The position numbers and the translations under genes were made by a program. The notes below the pieces were generated by a model. It made no database searches, was not told the DNA's origin, and worked only from the letters and a program-made list of their open reading frames with translations. Positions 12,493-22,113 of a DNA stretch of 64,000 nucleotides are shown in pieces. Numbering within the stretch: the stretch's first letter is position 1; every line of letters starts with the position of its first letter. Source of the stretch: Corallococcus interemptor (GTDB taxonomy: Bacteria; Myxococcota; Myxococcia; Myxococcales; Myxococcaceae); the NCBI RefSeq assembly GCF_003668875.1, contig NZ_RAWM01000039.1, positions 2,394 through 66,393 on the forward strand. Reading direction: 5' to 3'.

Positions 12493-15275
12493 CACGCTCC
12501 AAACCGGACGGGAGGCGGGACTTGGCGGAGGTCGTGAGGGGTTTGAAGCTGGAGGTCGAGGCGGACGCCGCTGCCATCGCGGCCCAGGCCGCGGAGGAGC
12601 TGGAGCTCGCGGAAGCGGCGCTGACGCCCTTCCATGAACGGCTGCTGGCCGAGGAGTTGCTCGCGCGCAGCGGTGACACCCAGCAGCGGCTGGCGAACGC
12701 GCTGGCTGAAGCGAAGGTGGACCTCAACCCCCACCAGGTCGAAGCCGCGATGTTCGCGCTGGATGCTCTCTCGCGCGGCGGCTGCATGCTCGCGGACGAG
12801 GTGGGCCTGGGGAAGACCATCGAGGCGGGCCTCGTCGTCGCCCAGCTGATGGCCGAGGGCAAGAACCGTATCCTCATCCTGGCCCCGGCCGTGCTGCGCG
12901 CGCAGTGGAATGCGGAGCTGCGCGAGAAGTTCGACCTGGACAGCGTCCTCGTCGACGGCCGGGACGTGAAGAAGCACAACAACTGCTTCGACCAGCCCTT
13001 CCCCGTCATCTGCTCGCACCCGTTCGCGGCGAACAAGTCCGCGCTCGTGTCGGAGATTCCCTGGGACCTGGTCATCATCGACGAGGCCCACCGCCTCCGG
13101 AACGCGCACCGGCCCAACAACAAGACGGGCCAGGCGCTGCGCGCGTCGCTGGCGGGCCGCCCCAAGCTGCTGCTCACCGCCACCCCGCTCCAGAACGACC
13201 TGATGGAGCTGTTCGGCCTGATGTCGCTGCTGGACGAGCAGATCCTGGGCCCCGAGCACGCCTTCCGCAGCCGCTACCGCGCCGACGAGGGCGGCGGCAT
13301 GACGGAGGCCGCCGCGTGCGAGCTCAAGGAGCGGCTGGCCCCGGTGGTGCAGCGCACGCTGCGCCGTCAGGTGCGCGAGTACGTCCGCTACACCAACCGC
13401 CGCAGCATCGTGGAGGACTTCCTCCCCTCCCCCGAGGAGCACGACCTCTACGAGAAGGTCAGCGAGTACCTGGCGCGCTCGGAGGCGGCGGCCATCGAGC
13501 CGGGCAAGAAGACGCTGCTGACGCTGTGCTACCGCAAGCTGCTGGCCTCCTCCACGTTCGCCATCGCGCCCACGCTGCGCCGGCTGTCGGAGAACCTGGA
13601 GAAGCGCCTGGCGGCCGCGCGGCTGGGACAGCAGGCCCTGGCGCTCTTCGAGCCGGAAGAGGCCAAGCAGTTCGTGGAGGAAGGCGAGGAGTGGTCCGAC
13701 GACCCCTCCAAGGCGCCCCAGGTCCGCACGCTGGAGCAGGAGGTCTGGGAGCTTCGCCAGTACGCGGACCTCGCGGACTCCATCCGCACCAACGCCAAGG
13801 GTGAGGCGCTCAAGCGCGCGCTGGACCGCACCTTCGCGGTGATGCGCACGCACTCCTGGCCGGAGAAGGCGCTCATCTTCACGGAGTCCAAGCGCACGCA
13901 GCAGTACCTCTTCAACCTGCTGTCGGAGCACGGCTACCGGGGGAAGATCTCCCTCCTGTCCGGCGACGCCGGCGGCACGCCCGAAGAGCGCAAGGCGCTG
14001 GTGGACGAGTTCCGCAACAAGACGCAGATCCTCATCTGCACGGAAGCGGGCGCGGAGGGGCTCAACCTCCAGTTCTGCAACCTGGTGGTGAACTACGACC
14101 TGCCGTGGAACCCGCAGCGCGTGGAGCAGCGCATCGGCCGGTGCCACCGCTACGGCCAGCAGCGCGACGTGCTGGTGCTCAACTTCCTCAACCGCCAGAA
14201 CGCCGCGGACGCGCGCCTCTTCGAGCTGCTGGAGAAGAAGCTCAACCTCTTCGACGGCGTGTTCGGCGCGTCCGACGAAATCCTGGGCGCGCTGGAGAGC
14301 GGCGTCGACTTCGAGCGGCGCGTGCTGGACATCTACCAGTCCTGCCGCGACCCGAAGGACATCAACGCCGCCTTCGACAAGCTGCGCGAGGAGCTGGAGG
14401 GCAGCATCAGCCAGCGCATGACGTCCATGCGCTCCGTGGTGCTGGAGCGCTTCGACGGCGACGTGCGCCGCCGGCTGCGCGTGGCGGGAGACGCGGCCAA
14501 GGAAGTGGTGGCCAAGCGCCAGCAGGAGGCGCGGGCGCTCACCGGCTCCGTGCTGGGCAGCCGCACCTCCGGACGGCTCCAGGTGGCCAAGGCCGCCTAC
14601 GCGGTGCGCGACCGCACCCAGGACTCCGTCAGCTACCTGCAGCTGGACGCGGCGGGCCTGCCCTCGCGGCTGGCGCGGCTGGCCGGCAGCGAGGGCTGGT
14701 GGTTCGTCTACAAGTTCGAGACGACGGGCCTCAAGCCGGAGGAGAAGCTGGTCCACCTGGTGCTGGTGAAGGACCGGGACGGCGGCTTCCGCGCCCTGCC
14801 GCTGACGGACGGCGTCCACTTCACCAAGCTCGACGCCAAGGAAGAGAAGCGCCGGCAGCCCGCGCCGGTGTCGGTCCAGCTCATGCAAGAGCAGTCGCTC
14901 ATGACCGCCAAGGATGAGCTGATCCGGGCCGCGGAGCGGCGCAACGCGCTGGAGCTGGACAAGGCCAAGGAGCGCGCGGACCGCTACGTCGAGGACTGCC
15001 TGATGGAGTCTCGCGAGGTGGTGGAGGCCGCCCGCCAGGCGTGGTTCGAGGCGCGCAAGGAGGTCTCCGGCATCGAGGACGTCGCGGAGCGCGCGAAGGC
15101 GCGGGCGCACTCGGACCGGATGGAGCGCGACTACCGCCGCAAGCTGGCGTCGCTGCGCAACGAGGAGGAGAAGCGCTACGCCTCCAAGGACCGGCAGATG
15201 GCGGAGCTGGCGAACAAGGCCCGCGTGACGGAGAAGCGCACCCTCATCGCGTCCGCTTACTTCTGGCTGTCCTGA
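12441..15275 (+). CDS. SNF2-family helicase, RapA/HepA-like (about 945 aa)
   Basis: Motif I region LADEVGLGKTIEAGLVVAQL...ILILAPAVLRAQW closely matches E. coli RapA (LLADEVGLGKTIEAGMIL...VLIIVPETLQHQW). Also present are DEAH (VIIDEAHRLRN), helicase-C (QRIGRCHRYGQ) and a roughly 350-aa C-terminal coiled-coil-rich domain. The six-frame ORF of 1402 aa (11067-15275) is an artefact; the true start is the ATG at 12441. Confidence 0.85.
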   Translation: MPIAAQNGAPQLFARMRARSKPDGRRDLAEVVRGLKLEVEADAAAIAAQAAEELELAEAALTPFHERLLAEELLARSGDTQQRLANALAEAKVDLNPHQVEAAMFALDALSRGGCMLADEVGLGKTIEAGLVVAQLMAEGKNRILILAPAVLRAQWNAELREKFDLDSVLVDGRDVKKHNNCFDQPFPVICSHPFAANKSALVSEIPWDLVIIDEAHRLRNAHRPNNKTGQALRASLAGRPKLLLTATPLQNDLMELFGLMSLLDEQILGPEHAFRSRYRADEGGGMTEAAACELKERLAPVVQRTLRRQVREYVRYTNRRSIVEDFLPSPEEHDLYEKVSEYLARSEAAAIEPGKKTLLTLCYRKLLASSTFAIAPTLRRLSENLEKRLAAARLGQQALALFEPEEAKQFVEEGEEWSDDPSKAPQVRTLEQEVWELRQYADLADSIRTNAKGEALKRALDRTFAVMRTHSWPEKALIFTESKRTQQYLFNLLSEHGYRGKISLLSGDAGGTPEERKALVDEFRNKTQILICTEAGAEGLNLQFCNLVVNYDLPWNPQRVEQRIGRCHRYGQQRDVLVLNFLNRQNAADARLFELLEKKLNLFDGVFGASDEILGALESGVDFERRVLDIYQSCRDPKDINAAFDKLREELEGSISQRMTSMRSVVLERFDGDVRRRLRVAGDAAKEVVAKRQQEARALTGSVLGSRTSGRLQVAKAAYAVRDRTQDSVSYLQLDAAGLPSRLARLAGSEGWWFVYKFETTGLKPEEKLVHLVLVKDRDGGFRALPLTDGVHFTKLDAKEEKRRQPAPVSVQLMQEQSLMTAKDELIRAAERRNALELDKAKERADRYVEDCLMESREVVEAARQAWFEARKEVSGIEDVAERAKARAHSDRMERDYRRKLASLRNEEEKRYASKDRQMAELANKARVTEKRTLIASAYFWLS

Positions 15276-15284
15276 GGCCCGTCG

Positions 15285-15635
15285 TCACAGGGGCTTGAGC
15301 CGAACCCACGTCGCGCCCCAGCCTCCGTCCGCCTCGGAGGCGGTCCGGAAGCTTTCGACCTCGGGCAGCGTGGGCAGCAGGGACTGCACGGTGCGCCTCA
15401 GCGCGCCCGTGCCCTTGCCGTGGATGATGCGCACGTCCAGCACGCCCTTCTGGCGGCAGGCCCAGACGTACTCGGTGACGAGGTCCTTCACGTCGCGGGG
15501 CTGGAAGAGATGCAGGTCGAGGTTCCCATCGACCGGAATTTCTACCGCTCCCAGTTCGCCTCCGAGCTCATCTGGCGTGGGCGGGGGCTCCGGACCCTCC
15601 GGCGGCAGGGGCGGGAGTGGCTTTCGGCGTGACAC
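15285..15635 (-). CDS. Smr domain protein
   Basis: Smr motif (LDLHLF...[20 protein letters not shown]). GTG start with an AGGAGGAGG RBS about 10 nt upstream. Confidence 0.7.
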   Translation of the reverse strand: MSRRKPLPPLPPEGPEPPPTPDELGGELGAVEIPVDGNLDLHLFQPRDVKDLVTEYVWACRQKGVLDVRIIHGKGTGALRRTVQSLLPTLPEVESFRTASEADGGWGATWVRLKPL

Positions 15636-15879
15636 CGTAGCGGGCCTCCTCCTGGCGCTGCTTCTCCTCGGCCGCCAGGCGCTGGCGCTCGCGCGCGAGC
15701 CGGAACTGCTCCTTGAGGCTGGTGATTTCCCCCTTCAGCGAGGAGATCTCCTCCTTCACCGCGCCCTGGTGGGGCGTGCCCGTCAGGTCCAGGGCGTTGG
15801 CCGCACGCTTGCCCTCCGACCCCGCACCACCGGCGGAGGTCATCTGCATCAGGAGTGCGGCCAGGGTCATCACCATCAT
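15568..15879 (-). CDS. Small hypothetical secreted/coiled-coil protein (103 aa)
   Basis: N-terminal hydrophobic segment, then Glu/Lys/Arg-rich heptad-like sequence ([37 protein letters not shown]). This composition is not antisense-like. It overlaps the Smr start by 68 nt, so this is a tentative call. Confidence 0.35.
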   Translation of the reverse strand: MMVMTLAALLMQMTSAGGAGSEGKRAANALDLTGTPHQGAVKEEISSLKGEITSLKEQFRLARERQRLAAEEKQRQEEARYGVTPKATPAPAAGGSGAPAHAR

Positions 15880-15917
15880 GGCCTTTCACGTAAGCAAGCG
15901 CCGTGCTCGCGCGCAAG

Positions 15918-16976
15918 TCATGTCGCGTGGGCAACGCCCCGTTGGCTGCCCTCCTCTTTGTATGACACGACGCGTTCCGCGAGCCGGACGGCGGACAGGG
16001 GGGCGCTGCCTTCCGCCTTGTTGTTGATGGTCACGAAGACGGGGCGCTCGCGCCGCACGGCGGCCATGCACACGCGGGCCAGCACGTCGCGCGTGCCGGC
16101 GTCTTCGTCCACCAGGCGGTTGAACGGCGCGTAGCGGGCGTAGGCCTCCTCGTAGCCCAGGTTCGGCGGCAGCATCCAGCGCACCACCACGCTGCGCGCT
16201 TCGAAGGCGCGCGTGAGCTTCGCCTGCCGCGCGACGGGCGGCATGTGGGCCCACACCGCGAGCACCGGACTCACGCCCGTGTCCGCGAGCGCCTGGGCAA
16301 AGCCCTCCGTGAGCAGCTCCTCGTTGCGCACCTCCACCGCGTACAGCGGGCCCTTGGGCAGCGCGGAGAAGAACGCGTGCAGCCGCTCCACGAAGCGGCC
16401 CGCTCCGCTCAGCGCCGCGGGGTCCTGTGGCGGGAACTGGAAGACGAGCGGTCCGGCCTTGGTGCCCAGCCCCTCCAGGAACGGCGCCACCACGTGGTCC
16501 ACGGCGTAGGCCGCCTGGAGGAAGCGGTCGTTCACCTGCCCCCGGTGCGCGCCATAGCGCTCGTGCACGGGGAAGCGCGCCAGCGTGCAGGCCTCGTGGG
16601 CCTTCACCAGGAAGCGGAAGCCGTCCGGCACCTGCTGGGCATACTCGGCGAACGTGCTGGCCGGCACCGGCGCGTAGAACGTCCGGTCGATGCCCACCGT
16701 GCGCAGCACCGGGTGGTGCGCGTAGGCGGCCAGGCCCTCGCGCGCCAGCTGGGTGGTGCTGGCCTCGTGGTCGTAGACGAGCCCGGTCCACCCCGGGAAG
16801 GTCCACGACGACGTGCCCAGGTAGACGCCCTGGGGAAGCTGCTCGCCCAGCACGCGCAGGCCGTCGGACGGCTCGGCGGGGCCCACCGGCTGGGTCCGGC
16901 GCCGCGACGTGGCCGGCGGCTCCTCCACGGCCCCGGTGAAGAGGTCGAACTGCGCGGGTCGTCGCGGTGCGCTCAT
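15918..16976 (-). CDS. DUF72 (YecE/UPF0759) family protein
   Basis: DUF72 signature (LGTSSWTFPGWTGLVYD). Start set at the internal ATG at 16976 (MSAPRRPAQFDLF). Confidence 0.8.
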   Translation of the reverse strand: MSAPRRPAQFDLFTGAVEEPPATSRRRTQPVGPAEPSDGLRVLGEQLPQGVYLGTSSWTFPGWTGLVYDHEASTTQLAREGLAAYAHHPVLRTVGIDRTFYAPVPASTFAEYAQQVPDGFRFLVKAHEACTLARFPVHERYGAHRGQVNDRFLQAAYAVDHVVAPFLEGLGTKAGPLVFQFPPQDPAALSGAGRFVERLHAFFSALPKGPLYAVEVRNEELLTEGFAQALADTGVSPVLAVWAHMPPVARQAKLTRAFEARSVVVRWMLPPNLGYEEAYARYAPFNRLVDEDAGTRDVLARVCMAAVRRERPVFVTINNKAEGSAPLSAVRLAERVVSYKEEGSQRGVAHAT

Positions 16977-17230
16977 GCGTTCAGCTCCTCTCCTCCGGTG
17001 GGAGCCCTGGGTGTAATCCCGCCGTCCAGGCGATGCAGCAGGTTGCCCAAATTCAAGGGGACGTTCCAGGTTTCTGGCACGCCCTCCAGGCGGACGGGCC
17101 CGCACGGCCGGTCCTCCCCTCCATGGGGCTGTCTGTGATTGGACGTGGGTCCCAATGCAAATGCAGTCGCATCAGCGTAAGCTCCTCAAACCAAGAAATT
17201 CTTGGTCCGTGCTGTAAAGCTTGAGCGTCG

Positions 17231-18175
17231 TTGCAGCGGCCGGGGGGCCCCATGGACTGGTCGTTGACCGCATCGCTCCTCGCGGAGCGGGATGGACGGC
17301 CCATCGTCGTGATGGACCGGCGCGGCCGCATTGAACTGGCCAATGCCGCGTTCACGTCGCTCCTGGGCCGGCCCCGTGAGGAATTGCTCGGGCGCCGCTG
17401 GACGGAGGTCTGCACGCCGCGCGAGCACGCGCGCGAGGTGGGCCGGGCGCTGCGGGCCATCTTCACCAGCGCCGAGTACCGGCTGGAGACGGACGTGCTC
17501 ACGCGCGACGGGGCGCGTCTGCCGGTGGAGCTGGACGTGGCCGCCGTGGGCCGGCCGCCGCTGCGCCTGGTGGCCATCGTCACCCGCGCGTCCCCGCCCC
17601 GCGTCGTCCCCGAGCGCTCCGTTCTCCCGGAGCCGGCCCCGGCCACGGGGACGCGCCGGGACCTGAGCTATGAAATCTCCACCGAGCTGGCGTCGTTCGG
17701 GACGCTCAAGGCGGTCTGGACCGACGGACAGGCGCGGCAGGAGGAGATGGTGGGCCGGTCGTGCTTCGGTGCCTTCGCGCACCGGGACGCGCCCTGCCTG
17801 GACTGTCCGCTGACGGCCGCGTCCCCACCCTCCTGGCCGCACACCATCGTGCGCCAGGCGTCCGGGCACGCCGAGGGCTACGAGGTCATCACCGCCACGC
17901 CCACGGGCGCGGGCACCGCGCGCGTCAGCGTGCACACCATCGGGGATGACACGCTCAGCGGCCTCTTCGAGGCGAAGGTGCGGCGCATGGCGAGCGCCGC
18001 GCGGCTGTCCGAACGCGAAGGCGATGTGTTGCGATATCTCGCGCTCGGCCGCTCGCCCACCGACATCTCGACGGTGTTGGGGATTACCGAGCGCACGGTG
18101 AAATTCCACCAGGCGAACCTGCTCCGGAAGCTGGGAGCGGAGACGCGGTACGACCTGCTCCGCCTGTTCTTCTAA
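17231..18175 (+). CDS. PAS-domain LuxR-family transcriptional regulator
   Basis: The N-terminus is PAS-like. The C-terminus has a LuxR/GerE HTH (EREGDVLRYLALGRSPTDISTVLGITERTVKFHQANLLRKLG). Confidence 0.75.
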   Translation: MQRPGGPMDWSLTASLLAERDGRPIVVMDRRGRIELANAAFTSLLGRPREELLGRRWTEVCTPREHAREVGRALRAIFTSAEYRLETDVLTRDGARLPVELDVAAVGRPPLRLVAIVTRASPPRVVPERSVLPEPAPATGTRRDLSYEISTELASFGTLKAVWTDGQARQEEMVGRSCFGAFAHRDAPCLDCPLTAASPPSWPHTIVRQASGHAEGYEVITATPTGAGTARVSVHTIGDDTLSGLFEAKVRRMASAARLSEREGDVLRYLALGRSPTDISTVLGITERTVKFHQANLLRKLGAETRYDLLRLFF

Positions 18176-18333
18176 GCAGGGCACCTTCCGCAGGGCATTG
18201 AGTTGACGGTGCTGGAGCTGGAGGCGCGGCCGGGCTCGCAGCCGCTTGATGGGACAGACCAACTGGTACCGCCCCGCGCCCGCGGCCACGGGCGCGCCCG
18301 TGGAGGACGCGCCGCGCCCGGCCCGCTCCGGCG

Positions 18334-19254
18334 CTAGACCTTGAGGCGGATGGCGCCCGGCACCAGCGTCATGGTGCAGGGCAGCCGGCCCGGCGTCTCG
18401 CCGTCCACGTCCAGGAACACGTCGCCCGTCAGGGACTCCGCGTGGAGCGTGCGGCAGCGCAGCCGCCGCGTGCCCTTCCAGGTGACGTGGTCGCCGTTGT
18501 AGACGCCCTTGGACTTGAGGACGAAGTCGGACAGGCCGTAGTTGGACCAGATGGTGATGTCGAACAGGCCATCGTGCGTCACGGCCTCCGGCGCCACGAA
18601 CATGCCGCTGCCGAAGTAGCGCCCGTTGGCCACGGCCACCGCGGTGACGCTCACCGTCTCCGGCTCGCCGCCGTCCACCGTGAGGCGCACCTGCCGCTCC
18701 TGGTACTTCAAGAGGCCCTTCACGGTGCCCCACATGAAGCTCAGGTTGCCGCCCAGCGCCTTGCTGCCCTGGTTCACCTCGCGGGCCACCACCGCGCTCA
18801 CGCCGAACGACGCGATGTTCGCGAAGAAGCGCGTGGCCGGCTTGCCGTCGTTGTCGATGAACTCCAGCCGCCCCACGTCGAAGGGCTCGGTCTTCTCCGT
18901 GCGCAGCCGCTCCAGCGCGGACGTCAGCTCCAGGTCCCACCCGAAGGTGCGCCGGAAGTCGCCGCCCGTGCCTCGGGGCAACAGGCCCAGCGTGGCCTGG
19001 GGGTTGATGACCTGTCCGTCGCGGAAGAAGCCGTTGGTGACCTCGTTGAGGGTGCCGTCGCCGCCCACCGCGACGATGCACTCATAGCCGTCGTCGATGG
19101 CCTGCCGCGCCAGACGCGCCGCATCCATGCCGCCGCTGGTGAAGCCGTACCCGAACTCGCCGAGCACCTTGCCCACCTGCGCGGAGATCTCCACCCATCG
19201 CTTCCCCGTCTGCCCGTTGGCGCTGCGCGGGTTGACCACGAGGAACGTCTTCAT
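18334..19254 (-). CDS. Diacylglycerol-kinase catalytic-domain lipid kinase (YegS/DagK family)
   Basis: Motifs FLVVNPRSANG and IVAVGGDGTLNEV. About 306 aa, typical of YegS-like kinases. Confidence 0.85.
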   Translation of the reverse strand: MKTFLVVNPRSANGQTGKRWVEISAQVGKVLGEFGYGFTSGGMDAARLARQAIDDGYECIVAVGGDGTLNEVTNGFFRDGQVINPQATLGLLPRGTGGDFRRTFGWDLELTSALERLRTEKTEPFDVGRLEFIDNDGKPATRFFANIASFGVSAVVAREVNQGSKALGGNLSFMWGTVKGLLKYQERQVRLTVDGGEPETVSVTAVAVANGRYFGSGMFVAPEAVTHDGLFDITIWSNYGLSDFVLKSKGVYNGDHVTWKGTRRLRCRTLHAESLTGDVFLDVDGETPGRLPCTMTLVPGAIRLKV

Positions 19255-19371
19255 TCAGTGCCTTCTCCCTGCTGCCAGAACGGCCTGTTTACGCAATTGT
19301 GGGCCCAGGCTCCACTCCGCGACCCATGGGAGGGCCTCGGCGCCCGGGGTGTTTGTCACCCGGCCCCGTCC

Positions 19372-20091
19372 ATGCTGGGCTCTTTTTCCCCCTGTTTTCG
19401 TCCCGGCCCCCGAGTGAACTCCCCGTCCTCCACCGAGCAGCTCACCCCCCACCGGGAGGCCACGCGCGCCCTGGACTGGGCGCTGCCCACGCTCCGGCTG
19501 GACCTGGAGGCCGCGGCGCGTCAGCCCTTCCGGGAGACGGGCGCGCAGGAGGACTTCCTGCACCGTCATGACGCACCGGCCCATGAATCCCAGGGGCCCG
19601 AGCGGACCGAGCGCTTCGAACAGGCCCTGGCCCGGGTGCGCCACCTCGCGGACGCGGGCGAGCCGCTGACCTTCGTCAGGATGGTGGAGGTCCAGGAGGA
19701 GCTGCTGGGTGCCCCCACGGGCTTTCGCACCGGGGACGCGTTCGCGTGGGGAGGCGCGCACCGCTACGCGCACGCGCCCGGCCTGGAGGCGGCCTTCCGC
19801 GAAAAGGTGGAGGCGGAAGCGCGCGAAGACCGTCACCCGGTGGCGCATGCCACGCGGTTGTATCTGGACCTGTGTTTCTTCCACCCCTTCCCGGACGGCA
19901 ACGCCCGCGCGGCGCGGCTGTGGCTGGAGTACATGCTGCGCCGGGGCCGGCTGCCCACGCCGCCGCTGGCGCCCGTGGTGCTGTGGCCCAAGCGTCCGGG
20001 AGACGCCGTGAACTACACGCGGCTGGCAAGGCTGCTGGCCCGGAGCATCGCGGGGCCGGACGCCCCGTGCCGCAACGAGGTGTCCGAATGA
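19372..20091 (+). CDS. Fic/Doc-family (Fido) protein with variant motif HPFPDGNARAAR
   Basis: C-terminal core FFHPFPDGNARAARLWLEY matches Fic HPFx(D/E)GN(G)RxxR, except Gly is replaced by Ala. Only the last 240 codons of the 549-aa six-frame ORF are coding; upstream is antisense to the lipid-kinase gene. Start at the ATG at 19372. Confidence 0.6.
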   Translation: MLGSFSPCFRPGPRVNSPSSTEQLTPHREATRALDWALPTLRLDLEAAARQPFRETGAQEDFLHRHDAPAHESQGPERTERFEQALARVRHLADAGEPLTFVRMVEVQEELLGAPTGFRTGDAFAWGGAHRYAHAPGLEAAFREKVEAEAREDRHPVAHATRLYLDLCFFHPFPDGNARAARLWLEYMLRRGRLPTPPLAPVVLWPKRPGDAVNYTRLARLLARSIAGPDAPCRNEVSE

Positions 20092-20753
20092 GTGACAACG
20101 CTTCGGCTTTCACGTGGCGCCGCATCCGCGACAGCCTGGATGCCTACGCGCCGCAATCCCTGGCGGCCAGCCTGCGGGAGGCCCTGGCCCCGCTGCGGTC
20201 CGGCCACATCCATCCCGCCCGGCTCAAGCAGGCGCAGAACGTCGTGGTGGACCTGCTCAAGGCCGAGCTGGGCCCCTGGTACCTGGAGAGCGGCCTGCCC
20301 CTGGGCAACGAAGTGCTGGGGGGCTATTGCTGGTGTCACTCGTTCTTCAACCAGAACCCGCCGCACCGCACCCATGACGTGGATGAGAACATCCAGTTCA
20401 TGCTGGACGCGCTGGAGCGGATCCGTTCGTTTCTGTACGCGCTGGACGGCGTGTTCCAGGCCGCGCGCCGTCAGCTCGAGCTGGCGGGCGACGACAAGGC
20501 TCTCCGGGCAGAGGCGCTCGCGGAAGGGCTGGTGCGGACCGTGGATCTGACGGCGGAGACGACGTCCTGTGAAGAGACCTGGTACCAGGTCGCGCAGGAC
20601 GCCATGACGTGGTGCATCGAGGCGATGGGGCTGCCCTTGTCGGAGGCCACGCTGGAGCAGCTGGAGACCGCCTTCGTCTTCCAGTCCTGGATCGCGCCGC
20701 CTCCAGAAGTCCTCCGGGACGCGGCGGCGCGGGTGGCGGCGGGGGCGGTATGA
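20088..20753 (+). CDS. Hypothetical protein, paralog A (221 aa, GGYCWCH motif); translationally coupled to the Fic-like gene
   Basis: ATGA overlap with the Fic-like stop. It shares clear similarity with the next gene (IRDSLDAY, GPWY.E.GL.LGNE..GGYCWCH.FF.Q, NIQ.M.DALER, CEE.WY). Confidence 0.6.
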   Translation: MSDNASAFTWRRIRDSLDAYAPQSLAASLREALAPLRSGHIHPARLKQAQNVVVDLLKAELGPWYLESGLPLGNEVLGGYCWCHSFFNQNPPHRTHDVDENIQFMLDALERIRSFLYALDGVFQAARRQLELAGDDKALRAEALAEGLVRTVDLTAETTSCEETWYQVAQDAMTWCIEAMGLPLSEATLEQLETAFVFQSWIAPPPEVLRDAAARVAAGAV

Positions 20754-21445
20754 GCCGGTCGGCCCTGGGGCACTGGCTGCTCATCCGCGACAGCCTGGAT
20801 GCGTATGACCCGGAGAAGCTCATCCGGATGCTGCGTGAATACCTGACGCCGCGCGTGCCCCCGGGGACGCGCAAGCTCACGGACGAGCAGCACGACACGA
20901 TGGCGAAACACATCCAGCGGATGCTCGGTCAGAACCTGGGGCCCTGGTACACGGAGACGGGGCTGTATCTGGGCAATGAGAGCTTCGGTGGCTACTGCTG
21001 GTGTCACCGCTTCTTCCGTCAGAAGCCCACGCCGGACATGAGCGTGGAATACAACATCCAGCTGATGATCGACGCGCTGGAGCGTTCGCGCGAATGGCTG
21101 TTCAAGCTGGACGTCCACTTCCAGGCGCTGAAGCGGGACCTGCCCCGGGCCCCCGAGGACCAGGACATCCGGATGCTCGCGCTGGCGGACGGCATCGTCA
21201 CCACGATGAACCTCACCGCGGACGCCACGGGCTGCGAGGAGGCCTGGTACACGTTCGCGCACGAGGCGCTGGCGTGGATGTTCGACGCGATTGAACTGCG
21301 GCCGGGCTATCCGGCCGGGAAGTTGATGCGGAAGCTGTTCGCCTTCGAGTCCTGGCACTCGCCGCCCGAGTCGGAGCTGCGCGACTCGGCGGAGAAGGTG
21401 GCGGCGGCCATCGTGGCGGACGAGGGCCACCGGCACACGCACTGA
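20749..21445 (+). CDS. Hypothetical protein, paralog B (232 aa, GGYCWCH motif)
   Basis: ATGA overlap with paralog A. Paralogous over its whole length. Confidence 0.6.
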
Positions 21446-21459
21446 CTTCGCGGGTCCCT

Positions 21460-22113
21460 TCAGTGGATGGGCTTGCCGCGCGTCAGCTTCCGGGCCTGAT
21501 CGCGCGAGCCGCCCTTCACCTCGATGCGTTTGCCCTGCACTTCCGCTTCCGGAAGCTTGAGGGAGATCTCCAGCACGCCGTTCTCGAAGTTCGCGTGGAC
21601 GGACTCCGTGTCGATGCCCTCCGGAATCGGGATGGCGCGGCGGAAGACACCGCTGCTGCGCTCCAGGCTCCAGATGCCTTCGGCCTCCTCTTCCTGCTCC
21701 ACCTCGAACGAGCGCTCGCCCTCAATCACGAGCAGGTCCTTCAGCAGCTCCACGTGGATGTCCTCCTGCCGCATCCCTGGCAGGTCGGCCTTCACGATGA
21801 GGTTTCCGTTCCGCTCCAGCACGTCCACCTGCGGGGACCAGAGCCCTTCGGCCAGCCCGGCACTCCCAGGAGTGAAGCCCCGGCCACCGAAGCCGGTGAA
21901 GAGCTGATCCATGTCCTCCATCATCCGGCGCAGCAGCCCGAATGGGCTCATGGGCACGGCTGGCGTGGTGGACTCGCGGCGGCTGATGCCCGTGGAGCCG
22001 GTCCGGGGCTCCTGCTGCGAGGCGGTGCCCTGCATGCCGGCCTGGGCGTTCTTCGCCACGGGCGAGGCGGAGGGCTCTCCCTGCGCCCCCGGGTTCCTGT
22101 TGTCGGTTGCCAT
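21460..22113 (-). CDS. Hsp20/alpha-crystallin family small heat-shock protein
   Basis: Alpha-crystallin domain (WSPQVDVLERNGNLIVKADLPGMRQEDIHVEL...GVLEISLKLP) with a disordered Gln/Gly-rich N-terminus. Confidence 0.85.
   Translation of the reverse strand: MATDNRNPGAQGEPSASPVAKNAQAGMQGTASQQEPRTGSTGISRRESTTPAVPMSPFGLLRRMMEDMDQLFTGFGGRGFTPGSAGLAEGLWSPQVDVLERNGNLIVKADLPGMRQEDIHVELLKDLLVIEGERSFEVEQEEEAEGIWSLERSSGVFRRAIPIPEGIDTESVHANFENGVLEISLKLPEAEVQGKRIEVKGGSRDQARKLTRGKPIH

Noticed and set aside
11067-15275. 1402-aa six-frame ORF spanning the DUF58 and SNF2 regions
   Set aside because: Its first 1374 nt are a GC-rich alternative frame over the DUF58 gene, which is coded in another frame with a clear DUF58 signature. 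The helicase begins at the in-frame ATG at 12441 after a 135-nt gap.
18442-19371. N-terminal 310 codons of the 549-aa ORF that ends in the Fic-like domain
   Set aside because: This part is antisense to the YegS/DagK-like kinase gene and is Arg/Ala/Gly-rich. Only the segment from the ATG at 19372 is called.
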